A stretch of DNA of 64,000 nucleotides from a virus. Both the position numbers and the translations under genes were made by a program. The notes under the pieces were generated by a model. It made no database searches, was not told where the DNA came from, and saw nothing but the letters and a program-made list of their open reading frames with translations. This document shows, piece after piece, positions 27,271-37,449 of the stretch. Where the stretch lies: positions 36,669 through 100,668 of the IMG/VR virus record IMGVR_UViG_3300020186_000396. One strand, written 5' to 3'. Position 1 is the first letter of the stretch. Each line of letters starts with the position of its first letter.

Positions 27271-27785
27271 ATCTTCGCAGTCTGATCAATCAGGCTAACT
27301 CAATACCGATTTCTACAATCGTTACTTCGTATGGGCAGCGTGTTGACGACTATAATCGTCGCATTCGCTGCCCGTTTCATTCTGGCGGAAATGAACGCAC
27401 GCCTTCTCTGTGGATCTACCCTGATACAAATACTTTTCATTGTTTTGGTTGTAAAGCTGGCGGTCGTCCTGTGGACTGGATCGCTCGGCATGAAGTAATG
27501 AATAAGGTCGATGCCGCACTTCATATCATAGAGAGATGGGGTGCACATATAAATACCACGCAAGAAACTGCGGAAATTAAAGGCGCCGGGTACGATAAAG
27601 CAATATTTGATTTTTCTAACTGTGTACGAATGTTTATTCGTAAACATGAAGCTTCTGTTGAAGCTATTACTTACGTTGAAAAACTTTGTTTTTCATTCGA
27701 CAAGATGAACCATAAGTATCATCTTAATCATGATGGCCTTGTCGCATTGATTGATAAAATAAAGAAGCGACTGGAGATTTATTGA
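27156..27785 (+). CDS. Stand-alone DnaG primase zinc-binding domain (CHC2)
   Basis: CPFHSGGNERTPSL..FHCFGC.AGG; no TOPRIM domain. Confidence 0.85.
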   Translation: MERVLNTMQPLPDSTGSDSGSQTPGEGGGFSDPTGRKVDLRSLINQANSIPISTIVTSYGQRVDDYNRRIRCPFHSGGNERTPSLWIYPDTNTFHCFGCKAGGRPVDWIARHEVMNKVDAALHIIERWGAHINTTQETAEIKGAGYDKAIFDFSNCVRMFIRKHEASVEAITYVEKLCFSFDKMNHKYHLNHDGLVALIDKIKKRLEIY

Positions 27786-28982
27786 ATGCCAGCAACTATT
27801 ATTCTTGGGGATGTGCATCTTGGAAAAGGTTTATCTGTAGGAAAGACGAGCGTTGGTTCAGGGCTAAATAGCCGAGTCAATGATCAACTAGCTTTACTTG
27901 ATTGGACCCTCGATCAAGCGATCGATAACGCTGCTAAACGAATCATCGTTACTGGAGATATTTTCGAAGATCCTAAGCCACACCCAACATTGATTAAGCT
28001 ATTCGTTTCTTGGTTGAAGAAATGTCAAGCTTACAGTGTAGATGTGCTACTAATTTATGGCAATCACGATATTTTGCGGAGCGGTCAATTTTCAAGCTCA
28101 GTTCTAGATATCATAGCTGAAGCCGAGATTGATAATGTGTATGTATACAGTTCGATCGATACTGTATATTGTGATGGCGTGTGTTTTACACTTCTACCAT
28201 TCCGCGATCGGCGTTCGTTTAATCTTGAAAAACATGATGAAGCAGTAGAGATTTTAAGGAATAAACTAGTGTTCGAAGCGGCGGACATTCCTTGTGAATA
28301 CAAAAAAGTATTGATTGGCCACTTAGCAATAGACGGGTCGATCTATGTAGGGGATGAAATAGACGATGCATCCAACGAGATTTTCTGCCCAGTATCGATG
28401 TTCAAAGATTACGATTATGTTTGGATGGGACACGTTCATAAACCACAGGTTCTTTCCGAAAGCGGCCCGCGTGTAGCTCACATCGGAAGTATGGACCGAT
28501 CTGATGTTGGTGAATCAGATCACAAGAAGATTATCGTTTTATTCGACCCTGATATGGCTGGTCATTTTAAGGAAATTGAACTTCCGGTAAGACCACTTGA
28601 ACGTATAACGATCAAGGTCCCGGCAGATACGACCGATACTACTGCTTTCGTTTTAAAGGCTATTCAAGACGAAAAGATCAATCTGAAGAACGGTATAGTA
28701 AAGCTGGAAGTACAGCTACTAGCTCAAGACCTTCACTCAGTTGATAGAAAAAGTATCGAGGCTTTCCTACAAACTGAAGGTGTCTTTCATGTCGCTGCGT
28801 TCAGTGAGACTAAGAAGATTTCACTTCTGAAAAAGAAAGATGACTCAATGAGCAGAGTCATGAACGAGTCACTTGCAATTCGTGAGTGGAGCAAGAAATT
28901 CGTTGAAGAAAAAAATAGAGATAAATTCGTAGCCTTAGCGGAACAGATTCGCGCAGAGCTGAATTCGGATGATAAATCATGA
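27786..28982 (+). CDS. SbcD/Mre11-like nuclease
   Basis: GDVHLG, TGDIFE, GNHD, GHL, GHVH. Confidence 0.9.
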   Translation: MPATIILGDVHLGKGLSVGKTSVGSGLNSRVNDQLALLDWTLDQAIDNAAKRIIVTGDIFEDPKPHPTLIKLFVSWLKKCQAYSVDVLLIYGNHDILRSGQFSSSVLDIIAEAEIDNVYVYSSIDTVYCDGVCFTLLPFRDRRSFNLEKHDEAVEILRNKLVFEAADIPCEYKKVLIGHLAIDGSIYVGDEIDDASNEIFCPVSMFKDYDYVWMGHVHKPQVLSESGPRVAHIGSMDRSDVGESDHKKIIVLFDPDMAGHFKEIELPVRPLERITIKVPADTTDTTAFVLKAIQDEKINLKNGIVKLEVQLLAQDLHSVDRKSIEAFLQTEGVFHVAAFSETKKISLLKKKDDSMSRVMNESLAIREWSKKFVEEKNRDKFVALAEQIRAELNSDDKS

Positions 28983-31138
28983 CACCAATACAACTGATTC
29001 TCAAAAACTTTACGTGTCACGTAAAGTCAATAATTGATTTTACACAATTTTCCTCTGCCGTAATCATTGGTCAGGGTGAGAACAATACTCGTCGCTCTAA
29101 CGGAGTAGGAAAGAGTAAAATTTTCACTGGAATAAATTACGCTCTGTTCAACCAGTCTTCGTTCAATAACATTGAGAATGTTATTCGCGATGCCGCTGAT
29201 AAATGTAAGGTTACGTTTACATTTGAAACTAACGGAGCAATCTATAAAGTAGAACGCTCCCGAGGTAGAAAGGCCAACTCGGCAGACGTTCGTTTGTACA
29301 AAAAGAACGATTTGAATTGGGAAGACCTTACCGAACGAACACCATCCGGAACCGAACGAGCACTGCTCAAGATTGTAAATCTGAATTACAAGACGTTCAC
29401 TAATTCTGTGCATTTTGGACAGGGCGATTTGACAGGACTAGCCCTCTTAACAGCTGGTGATAGAAAAGCTCTGCTTAAAGAAGCCCTTCAGCTTCATGTA
29501 TACTCGGCCCTTGAAAAGGTTACTAAGAAGCATCTTACGACTTTTACACAGGATATTTCCAAAACAAAGGCAGTGCTATCTACGTTCGAAGGTATCGAGG
29601 CACGTATATTTTCATTGAATGAAGAACTAAAGAATACTAACAACGAAGTGTTCGTTGCTGAGGCGAATTTAACCACAGATCAACAAGAAATTGATGTTTG
29701 TGATGCCAAGCTTCTTTCAATACTTGAAAGAGATAAGGTATTGAAATCTGAGTACGACACTATTAATCAAAAGGTGTCTGAACTAACGGCCGTGACAACC
29801 GGGTTGGTGACGAGCAAAGCGCAGTCATCGTCTATCAGGGCTGATCTAAAGAACGAGTTTTTGAAGAAGAAGCAAGATCTAATCACGTCTCATAATCAAC
29901 TCAAAACTCACCTCGATAAGGAGGTTCCCAATACCGATTCTCTTCAAACAGAACAGGACTCGGTATCTAAGGACATCTTAGAGAAGACCTCATCTATTAA
30001 GGCGCTTCAAGCTAAGATAAAAGAGAAGAATACGCCGTTGCCGGACGGACCGCAGTGCGACCAGTGCCTTCAAACAATTTCCGAAGAACATAGAGACACG
30101 TGCAAGGCCAAACTTGAAGACCAAATATCTACATGGCAAAAGAGTATAATTAATCTAAATACGGAAGTACAATTTCTAAACGATAGACTTAAAGTTATCG
30201 TTCTTCAGATAAAAATAGGTGAACAGCATTTTAGAGATTTAGCAACGTTCCAGCGTGAAGTAACTACTAAAGAAAAAGAACTTGATGTTATCAAGGATAA
30301 ATATCAGTCGTTTGACAAGAAATTTAAAGAGTTTGATGACCAGGTTAAAGAGAAAGAAACTGAGCTTGAACTTTGGAAATCGTCACATGCTGTTTTTATG
30401 TCAGAGAAATATGCTGAGTACAACGCTCTTTCATCACAAGTTACTGATGTTCAAAAGGAACGCGGCAAAGCGCTACTTAGCCTTAAAGTAAAGCAAGAAG
30501 TACTAGCTAAAGGCAAACTAACTTGCGGAGTACTACAGGATCGTCTGGCCAAGTGCGACGAAGAATTAGTTAAACGAGACGAGCACAGTAAGAAGCTTCT
30601 AAAGACTGAAGACGATTTCAATTTGCACGTCGCGGTAGCTCAGGCTTTCGGCTCCAAAGGAATACCAGCGCTCATCATCCATAACATGCTTGATGATTTA
30701 CAAATCCATGCCAATAATATCATTGCCCAAATCAGACCAGGTCTTCAACTTGAATTCGAAATAGATAAAGAAAACAAGAAGGGTGAACAATCTGATACGC
30801 TTGATATTAAGTACACTTTAAATAGTCGAGAACGAGAATTCGATCAACTCTCTGGCGCTCAGAAATTGGTCGTTACCCTAGGTCTAAGATTGGGCCTTTC
30901 TCTAGTGATCCAAAAAAGTTTTGGAATCGATATTAAATTCTTGTTACTAGACGAAGTTGATGCCGCATTAGATGAAGAAAGTCTTGATGCCTTTATAGAC
31001 CTAATAAGGGTAATTGAAAAAGATTTTAAAGTTCTTGTTATAACTCATAAAAACAATCTGAAAGACAAATTCAGTCACGCGATATTAGTTGAACAAGACC
31101 AAAACATGAACTCAACTGCTAAAGTAATGGATATGTAA
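28979..31138 (+). CDS. SbcC/Rad50-like ATPase
   Basis: NGVGKS, FGQGD, CDQC zinc hook, LSGAQK, LLLDEVD, VITH. Confidence 0.92.
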   Translation: MTPIQLILKNFTCHVKSIIDFTQFSSAVIIGQGENNTRRSNGVGKSKIFTGINYALFNQSSFNNIENVIRDAADKCKVTFTFETNGAIYKVERSRGRKANSADVRLYKKNDLNWEDLTERTPSGTERALLKIVNLNYKTFTNSVHFGQGDLTGLALLTAGDRKALLKEALQLHVYSALEKVTKKHLTTFTQDISKTKAVLSTFEGIEARIFSLNEELKNTNNEVFVAEANLTTDQQEIDVCDAKLLSILERDKVLKSEYDTINQKVSELTAVTTGLVTSKAQSSSIRADLKNEFLKKKQDLITSHNQLKTHLDKEVPNTDSLQTEQDSVSKDILEKTSSIKALQAKIKEKNTPLPDGPQCDQCLQTISEEHRDTCKAKLEDQISTWQKSIINLNTEVQFLNDRLKVIVLQIKIGEQHFRDLATFQREVTTKEKELDVIKDKYQSFDKKFKEFDDQVKEKETELELWKSSHAVFMSEKYAEYNALSSQVTDVQKERGKALLSLKVKQEVLAKGKLTCGVLQDRLAKCDEELVKRDEHSKKLLKTEDDFNLHVAVAQAFGSKGIPALIIHNMLDDLQIHANNIIAQIRPGLQLEFEIDKENKKGEQSDTLDIKYTLNSREREFDQLSGAQKLVVTLGLRLGLSLVIQKSFGIDIKFLLLDEVDAALDEESLDAFIDLIRVIEKDFKVLVITHKNNLKDKFSHAILVEQDQNMNSTAKVMDM

Positions 31139-31773
31139 TGTTGGAAAAACTAGATTTTGGTAATTGTTTCAATATAGCAATAAGCGGTAAGGCTAATTCT
31201 GGAAAAAATACTGTCTTTAAGATTTTAGTAGAAGAGCTTGGTCTTGTTGACAGCGTTGTTAAGGATATTGCTTTTGCAGATCCTATCAAAGAGGGGCTGT
31301 TGAAGCTGTACCCTCGCGCTCGCCGAGATTATCTTTTTGGACCTTCCAAATTACGTGCTGAAATTATACCTGGAACAACCGTTACATATCGGCAGGTTCT
31401 TTGCGATCTGGGTGCCCAAGCTCGTAAATATGACGAGGATCACTGGGTAAAAATACTGATTGATGAGGTGCATGGGCTACAGAGTTGTAGTGAAAAATTC
31501 CCCCAGCCGCTGCAAACTAAAGCAATGGTAGTGACAGATCTTAGATTTCCAAATGAGTTTACAGCTCTTAGAGAACAGGGATTTTATGTCATACGGGTGA
31601 AAAGAGAAGAACAGTTGAATTTAACCGACATAAGCGAGACTAGTCAGGACGCCTTGACGGATGAAGTATTCAACTCAGTATTAAAGAATAACGGTACATT
31701 AGATGAGTTAAGGCTAAAGTGTAAAGCTATAGCTACCCATCTTAAGGAAATCAAATGTCGTTCATTGGGTTAA
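31138..31773 (+). CDS. Deoxynucleoside monophosphate kinase
   Basis: SGKANSGKNT, AFADPIK, RQVL..LG, VVTDLRFPNE, SET. Confidence 0.85.
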   Translation: MLEKLDFGNCFNIAISGKANSGKNTVFKILVEELGLVDSVVKDIAFADPIKEGLLKLYPRARRDYLFGPSKLRAEIIPGTTVTYRQVLCDLGAQARKYDEDHWVKILIDEVHGLQSCSEKFPQPLQTKAMVVTDLRFPNEFTALREQGFYVIRVKREEQLNLTDISETSQDALTDEVFNSVLKNNGTLDELRLKCKAIATHLKEIKCRSLG

Positions 31774-32315
31774 AAATACCACACGAATGTGCACGGTTAC
31801 TTGGTTCAATTGAAGTTAGTGGAGAGCGGATACCTTTAGACCAGATGCATGTAACTCTGGTTTACATCGGAGATAATACTCCGATAACAACAATCGCTAA
31901 GGCGATTACAGCTACGTACAGGATAACTCAGAATAGAACGCCATTCACAATGAAGGTTAGTCGTATAAAATCTTTTCCGCATAATGGAAGAGGCTGTCCA
32001 GTAGTTGCAAAAATTACATGCCAGGATCTACTAGATTTTCATGATGAGATTTTAACTTCGCTGGACAAGGCTGGAATTGAGTATTCTAAATATTACCCAG
32101 AATATAAACCGCATGTAACACTAGCTATGGCGCCGGAGCCGATCAGCGCTTTGATATTGGAAAACCCAATCGAGTGGGCCGCGCACGAGGCCACACTTTG
32201 GGGTGGAGATACTGGAGACGATCGTATCAGCGCAACATTTCCATTCGTTGTTGGGCGTACAAAAGAATCTTGTAGAGCTTCCAAGTTAATAAAGAGGCCT
32301 AATCATTCTAGATAG
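31755..32315 (+). CDS. 2H phosphoesterase (2'-5' RNA ligase / Acb1-like)
   Basis: Two HxT motifs: MHVTLVYIG and YKPHVTLA. Confidence 0.85.
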   Translation: MSFIGLKIPHECARLLGSIEVSGERIPLDQMHVTLVYIGDNTPITTIAKAITATYRITQNRTPFTMKVSRIKSFPHNGRGCPVVAKITCQDLLDFHDEILTSLDKAGIEYSKYYPEYKPHVTLAMAPEPISALILENPIEWAAHEATLWGGDTGDDRISATFPFVVGRTKESCRASKLIKRPNHSR

Positions 32316-32342
32316 AACAGCATATCATCTCATATATGTGAG

Positions 32343-32660
32343 ATGTCAGGTAACATCAAGCGAGATTTGGTAGTAAAGTACACGTCGGTAGGACGAGATA
32401 AGTTCTACCGATTTTTGCTATCGTCTGCAATTTTCAAGATGGTTTCGTACCTCGAAACGAAAGACAAATCGATTCAGATGCCAGACGTTGAATTGATGGA
32501 ATTGTATGACAAATTTCTTCTATATTACCGCCGTGAAAACGAGGAAGTGTATTTTGAAATAGCTAAACTGTGCAGAAAAGCGGCACATAAAGTGTATAGG
32601 GCATTATTACGGCAGAAGTTAGTAGAGAAGAATTCTAAATTCTTAAACCTAATTGAGTAA
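32343..32660 (+). CDS. Hypothetical protein
   Basis: 105-aa ORF. Confidence 0.55.
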   Translation: MSGNIKRDLVVKYTSVGRDKFYRFLLSSAIFKMVSYLETKDKSIQMPDVELMELYDKFLLYYRRENEEVYFEIAKLCRKAAHKVYRALLRQKLVEKNSKFLNLIE

Positions 32661-32663
32661 TAT

Positions 32664-33653
32664 ATGGCAGTCATAAGCTTAACAATAACCGAATCAGCCG
32701 AGCAAATCGTATCCGGAATACCAGTAACGATATCGTTTTCCACTAACGTTCCGGCTACAATTTTTTATGTTCTTGATGGTTCAGTTCCGACGACTGCGTC
32801 GGAGGTTTATGTCACGACCATTATTTTATCAACAGCTTTACCAAGCCCTCGGCTGCGAGTATTTGCAACCAACGGAACAGATTCGTCTGCCATCATCGAG
32901 AAAGATTATGGACCGAACGTAACCAGGTCTCGTTTGCCTCACGCATCCGTGACTGGATTAAATATAAATGCTACTCATTCGCTAGGCCCATTTGGAACTA
33001 ACAGCACTGCCACGTCAACTGCTAAGTTTACAAATCCTGCTGACGCAGGAATTACGGTACTGGCTCCGGATTTAACTACATATTCATCTGGTCATGTCGA
33101 TGCTGATGGTTACGGCGCGGCTCTTATCAATGAACCAACGGTATTAAATTATCACATCATTCAAACAGATTTTAATTCTGGAGGTCATCGTGGACCAGGC
33201 ATCGGAACGATAGTTCCGGTTACGACACTTCCAGAACGGAACAATGACGTTCCTCAGGAATCAAATCGCGCCAATAAGTTATTCAATCCTAGAGCGATGG
33301 TCATTTTCCAAGATGCATCCACAGAAGATACGTCCGCTCCACCTCAGTTGAATCGAGAATATTTCTCGATGGAAATTCCCGAGAAGGAAAAAGATGCCAC
33401 GCTTCTTTCGAACTGCGGACCAGATACGGCCACCGCAACTGGTTCTTTTCTAAGAGCTTATCATAATCCGCGTGATAACACCATTACGTATTATTATAGA
33501 GATAGCGCAACTAATCGTTGGCTTATTTCTAAACAGCCATATCAGCTACGAGACCCAAATATTGCGAATTTATCCAATATGGTTTTTGGCCGAGAGCAGG
33601 GCCAGGGATTTGTATTCCGATGGGTTCCTTTCTCAAGAAGAGTGCTAACGTGA
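32664..33653 (+). CDS. Probable virion protein with chitobiase/FN3-associated N-terminal domain
   Basis: ATIFYVLDGSVPT..S.VY..I motif; Thr/Ser-rich beta protein. Confidence 0.55.
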   Translation: MAVISLTITESAEQIVSGIPVTISFSTNVPATIFYVLDGSVPTTASEVYVTTIILSTALPSPRLRVFATNGTDSSAIIEKDYGPNVTRSRLPHASVTGLNINATHSLGPFGTNSTATSTAKFTNPADAGITVLAPDLTTYSSGHVDADGYGAALINEPTVLNYHIIQTDFNSGGHRGPGIGTIVPVTTLPERNNDVPQESNRANKLFNPRAMVIFQDASTEDTSAPPQLNREYFSMEIPEKEKDATLLSNCGPDTATATGSFLRAYHNPRDNTITYYYRDSATNRWLISKQPYQLRDPNIANLSNMVFGREQGQGFVFRWVPFSRRVLT

Positions 33654-33685
33654 ACTGCCTCGCCCTTTAGGGCGAGGTAGTTCAC
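33650..33685. mobile_element. Back-to-back fused IS200/IS605 right ends (36-bp palindrome)
   Basis: GTGAACTGCCTCGCCC-TTTA-GGGCGAGGTAGTTCAC, a 15/16 inverted repeat. Confidence 0.75.
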
Positions 33686-34079
33686 CAAGCTTGCCTAGAG
33701 TCAAAGCCTCTAACAAAAGAATATTTTACTCAAGGTAAAAATAGAGATAAGTATTTCTGCAAACATTAGGCAATGTATCAAAAAAGAATTACGAGCCATT
33801 TGCAATTTTCCTTCCGTATACAATTCAAGAGCTGAAAAAGCACTTAGAAGATCAATTTGAATCGTGGATGAATTGGGACAACTATGGAACGTATATGATA
33901 AATAGTTGGGACGACAAAGATTCGTCGAGTTGGACTTGGCAGATTGATCACATTATTCCGCATAGCAATTTGTTCACAGCTCAATGAGCGATAGCGAATT
34001 CAAAAATTGTTGGGCGCTAAATAATTTAAGACCGTATTCAGCCAAGCAAAACGTAATAGACGGAAACAGAAGTACATGA
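33686..34079 (+). pseudogene. Degraded HNH / endonuclease VII-like homing endonuclease
   Basis: LPYTIQELKKHLEDQFESWMNWDNYG..WQIDHIIP, then a frameshift, then CWALNNLRPYSAKQN. Confidence 0.75.
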
Positions 34080-34867
34080 CCGAAGAAAACAAAGACCTTA
34101 GATTATCAGTTAGCAAAACGAAAACATTCGCAGATTGTAAGAAGAAGTTCAAGTATAACTACATTGAGCGTCTTCCCAAAAAAGAATGGGATTTCCATAT
34201 TTATGGAAAGTTTGTGCATCGTGTTCTTGAACTATACCACCTTCATTATTTGAAGGGCGGAACCTCTGAGCGTCACATATCAATGATGGATGCATTCAAA
34301 GAGTCTTGTGTAGAATTCAAGGGCAAGATGACCCCGGAACAAAGAGTAGAGGCTAAGCTAGCTTGTTCTGCTTATTTGAAAAAGTTATCTGAGGAACCAC
34401 TGGATCAGGTTCCGAATATAACCGGAGTCGAAAAGGAATTCAGTATCAACATAGCAGATAAGATCTGTTTGTTAGGCGTCATCGACCGCGTACAAATAGA
34501 CGCTGATGGTGTGCCTCATGTCTGTGACTACAAGACTACGAAGAACAAGAAGTATCTAAAAAATGATTGGTTCCAGTTATTGACGTACGCATACGTTATG
34601 TACATGCAGGATCCTACTATTACTAAAGTTCGTGGATCATACATTCTGATACGACACGGATTTGAATACATTACGGCAACGTTTGATCTTCCTCAAATTT
34701 TAGCCATCAAAGACAAATTCCTTAAGTATGCAGAAGACATGGAAGCAGAAAAGCTTTTCCGAGCCAATCCAACGCCACTTTGTAAATACTGTGACTTCCT
34801 AGAAAATTGTGATGAAGGACGCCAGTTTACTCAGAGAGATACTTATTTCGGTAAAACGTCCTGGTGA
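34076..34867 (+). CDS. PD-(D/E)XK RecB/Cas4-like exonuclease
   Basis: SVS..F.DC..KF.Y, G..VH, GVIDRV, DYKT, QL..YA, CKYCDF..C. Confidence 0.88.
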   Translation: MTEENKDLRLSVSKTKTFADCKKKFKYNYIERLPKKEWDFHIYGKFVHRVLELYHLHYLKGGTSERHISMMDAFKESCVEFKGKMTPEQRVEAKLACSAYLKKLSEEPLDQVPNITGVEKEFSINIADKICLLGVIDRVQIDADGVPHVCDYKTTKNKKYLKNDWFQLLTYAYVMYMQDPTITKVRGSYILIRHGFEYITATFDLPQILAIKDKFLKYAEDMEAEKLFRANPTPLCKYCDFLENCDEGRQFTQRDTYFGKTSW

Positions 34868-34922
34868 GTTGTCGATATATGGTTTGCGTTACTAGAAGTA
34901 GTTCTACTACGGAGTAAGAAAA

Positions 34923-36224
34923 ATGAATTTTGAAGTCAAAGAATTAGAATATTGTCGCGTCTCAGTTCATGCCGAGATCGAATCAGACCGCATCAATGAA
35001 AAACGCATTGAAGTAATCTCTGAGTTTAAGAAACTTCCGGTGCCAGGTTTTCGTCCAGGTCGAGCATCTCTTGATGCAATTAAGCACAAGTACAAGGCAC
35101 AAATTGAAGCGCGACTTCGCGAAGCTCTTGCAGAAGATGCATTCCACGGAGCTTTGAACGAGAAGGGCCTTCGCCCGTTGGGAAACCCAGAATTTTCGTC
35201 TGTGACGCTTGGTAAGCGTCAGATGATTGTCCTGGAATCTACCTCAGTACCAAACAACGAAGATGTATTTACTTGTGACTTCGTATTGAATACGAAACCT
35301 GAAATTACGTTGACCGAGTATAGGGATTTTTCTTTACCAAAGCCATCCGCTGGAATCGGTGTAAGTGAATTTGCCGAAAGCATTCTTCAAGATTTACGTG
35401 AACGCAACGGAGATACCGTGCCGTTTGGAGATGACGATTTTATTTCGAATGGTGATTCAGCAATTATCGATTATACCGGAACGATCGATTGTCTGGTTCG
35501 TCCAGAACTAACGGCAAAGAAAGAGGTAATCACAATCGGAAGTTCTCCATTCCCTCAGTTTGATGAAAACCTTTTGGGAATGAAACTAGGTGATGTAAGG
35601 CAATTTGATATCGTCGCCCCTGAGAAAGCCGCGAAAGAATATATTGGAAAGACAATATCGTTCAACGTTTCTTTGGCGATGGGTTCAAAGAAAAATCCAG
35701 CTCCATTGGATGACGAGCTTGCAAAGCGCATGAGTTTCGAGAATCTCGAAGCATTGCGGACGCACGTAAATACCGTCGCCGCTGCTCGTGTAGATAAGCA
35801 TGAGAAGGCCGCCCTCGCTCAGCAGGTGGCAGCTCGTCTAGTTGAGAAGCATGAATTTAAGATTCCTACGTGGATCACTACGGCGGAAGCTCAGATGAAC
35901 GCGAAGCGTGCCAAGCTTACCTGGGATGAGCTTACAGACGAACGTAAAGAAGAGATTATCGCAACGGCAGATAAAAGCGTGAGGCTTTCACTTGTTCTTG
36001 AAAAGATCCGGGATAAAGAAGCCGAGGCGCAATTGTCTGATGAAGAACTTGAGTTTCATCTTCAACAAGAATTGGTGAAGATTTCAAAAGCCACATCTCA
36101 GGAAGATGTCGACAGGATGCTTCAGCAGCTGACTCAGAGCGGAATGCTACCGATATTGGTAGGCAAAATTCGTGATGAATATACTTTGAGTTTTCTAGTG
36201 AAAACTTGCACAGTTGTTGAATAA
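34923..36224 (+). CDS. tig: Trigger factor
   Basis: VPGFRPGRA ribosome-binding loop, FKBP-like domain (GD.AIIDYTG, FDENLLGMKLG), LDDELAK. Confidence 0.92.
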   Translation: MNFEVKELEYCRVSVHAEIESDRINEKRIEVISEFKKLPVPGFRPGRASLDAIKHKYKAQIEARLREALAEDAFHGALNEKGLRPLGNPEFSSVTLGKRQMIVLESTSVPNNEDVFTCDFVLNTKPEITLTEYRDFSLPKPSAGIGVSEFAESILQDLRERNGDTVPFGDDDFISNGDSAIIDYTGTIDCLVRPELTAKKEVITIGSSPFPQFDENLLGMKLGDVRQFDIVAPEKAAKEYIGKTISFNVSLAMGSKKNPAPLDDELAKRMSFENLEALRTHVNTVAAARVDKHEKAALAQQVAARLVEKHEFKIPTWITTAEAQMNAKRAKLTWDELTDERKEEIIATADKSVRLSLVLEKIRDKEAEAQLSDEELEFHLQQELVKISKATSQEDVDRMLQQLTQSGMLPILVGKIRDEYTLSFLVKTCTVVE

Positions 36225-36236
36225 GGAAGAAATAAC

Positions 36237-36527
36237 ATGAGCGACGAAAAGGGTTTTCCGAAGAAGCATGAGAAGTGGCTCCCGACCGGATTTTCGGAAG
36301 GCATCGAGTCTATGGATACTGAAGAGATCAAGTCCAAGATCTATGAGTGTCAGGCTCATTCATATGAAATCGATAAGGCGAAGGATGCAGATGAAAAGCT
36401 CAACGCGGCTCGCGAGACCGTAAAGGAGTTTTCTGCACCGTACACGGAAGCCCAAAAGACCGAGACTGCAAAAGCAAAATATTGCTTTTATGTTCTTGAA
36501 GGACGCGGTGTAAAAATTACACCATAA
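36237..36527 (+). CDS. Hypothetical protein
   Basis: 96-aa ORF with SD. Confidence 0.6.
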   Translation: MSDEKGFPKKHEKWLPTGFSEGIESMDTEEIKSKIYECQAHSYEIDKAKDADEKLNAARETVKEFSAPYTEAQKTETAKAKYCFYVLEGRGVKITP

Positions 36528-36530
36528 GAA

Positions 36531-36836
36531 ATGTCAGCTTTTAATAAAGCCCGAGTCCCGAGTTGTTGCGGCAGTTTTGCGACTGTCTACGAACTGAATT
36601 TCCCGCTCAAGCGAGAACAGGTCGAACAATTCAAGGACGCGGGTTTTGTTATTTCTAAAGCTTTTTTTGCAGCCGGAATGCTATACGCAGAGAACGATAA
36701 GCTAGTTGCAATCGGAACGTTCGGCAAGAACAAGATTGATTTGAAATGTAAAGTGCCGAAGTGTGATACGGTGTCGACGGACCTAGATGCAGTTCTCACT
36801 AGGATTCATGCCCTTAGACAAAAGCGACCTACGTAA
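36531..36836 (+). CDS. Hypothetical protein
   Basis: 101-aa ORF. Confidence 0.55.
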   Translation: MSAFNKARVPSCCGSFATVYELNFPLKREQVEQFKDAGFVISKAFFAAGMLYAENDKLVAIGTFGKNKIDLKCKVPKCDTVSTDLDAVLTRIHALRQKRPT

Positions 36837-37416
36837 GCTTAAGCAAAACAACATAGACTATAATTTAATCGTGACCTGTTATCACGAAGCTGGACATATT
36901 GTTTTAGCTATGCGTAACTCTATTTTACCAAAAGCATGTCAAGTCATGCAAGGTAAACGTATAATTGCTAATACGACTCTTGTTTATTTTAACAAGATAA
37001 AGAAACCGGCATTACGTAAAAACATAATGCTTGGAACAGCTAAAACCTATGCAGCAGGAATAGCTGCTGAAGAAATTTTTTTCGATAAAATCGTAGGTAA
37101 ACGTTTACCTGTAAATCTTCGTGAGGGCTGGTCATCAGATCGGTACTTACTTCAAAAAATACTAACTTCATTAGAAAAACGCACACACGCGCGCGCCCGG
37201 CTGCGTGAAAAAATTCATAAACTTGCGCGTCAACAAGTAATTGAGGATTGGCATATTGTCACTAATTTAGCGCATGCCTTATATGATAAGAAAGCGTTGA
37301 GCTATAAACAAATTTCAGACGTTGTTATAAGATCAGTGCCGAGCGCATCTAGAATAGATATGCGCAATTATCTTCGGCAACTAGAACAAGCTTACATCCC
37401 CAAGACTCTACCATAA
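36808..37416 (+). CDS. Stand-alone M41 (FtsH-protease-domain)-like metallopeptidase
   Basis: YHEAGH, AAGIAAEEI, GWSSD, LA.ALY.KK.LS. Confidence 0.7.
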   Translation: MPLDKSDLRKLKQNNIDYNLIVTCYHEAGHIVLAMRNSILPKACQVMQGKRIIANTTLVYFNKIKKPALRKNIMLGTAKTYAAGIAAEEIFFDKIVGKRLPVNLREGWSSDRYLLQKILTSLEKRTHARARLREKIHKLARQQVIEDWHIVTNLAHALYDKKALSYKQISDVVIRSVPSASRIDMRNYLRQLEQAYIPKTLP

Positions 37417-37449
37417 GTCGCCAGGGTTGCTGCAAAACAGGAGACTTTC

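Noticed and set aside
34076-34867. Cas4 as evidence of CRISPR-Cas
   Set aside because: Stand-alone RecB/Cas4-like nucleases are common in phage replication modules.
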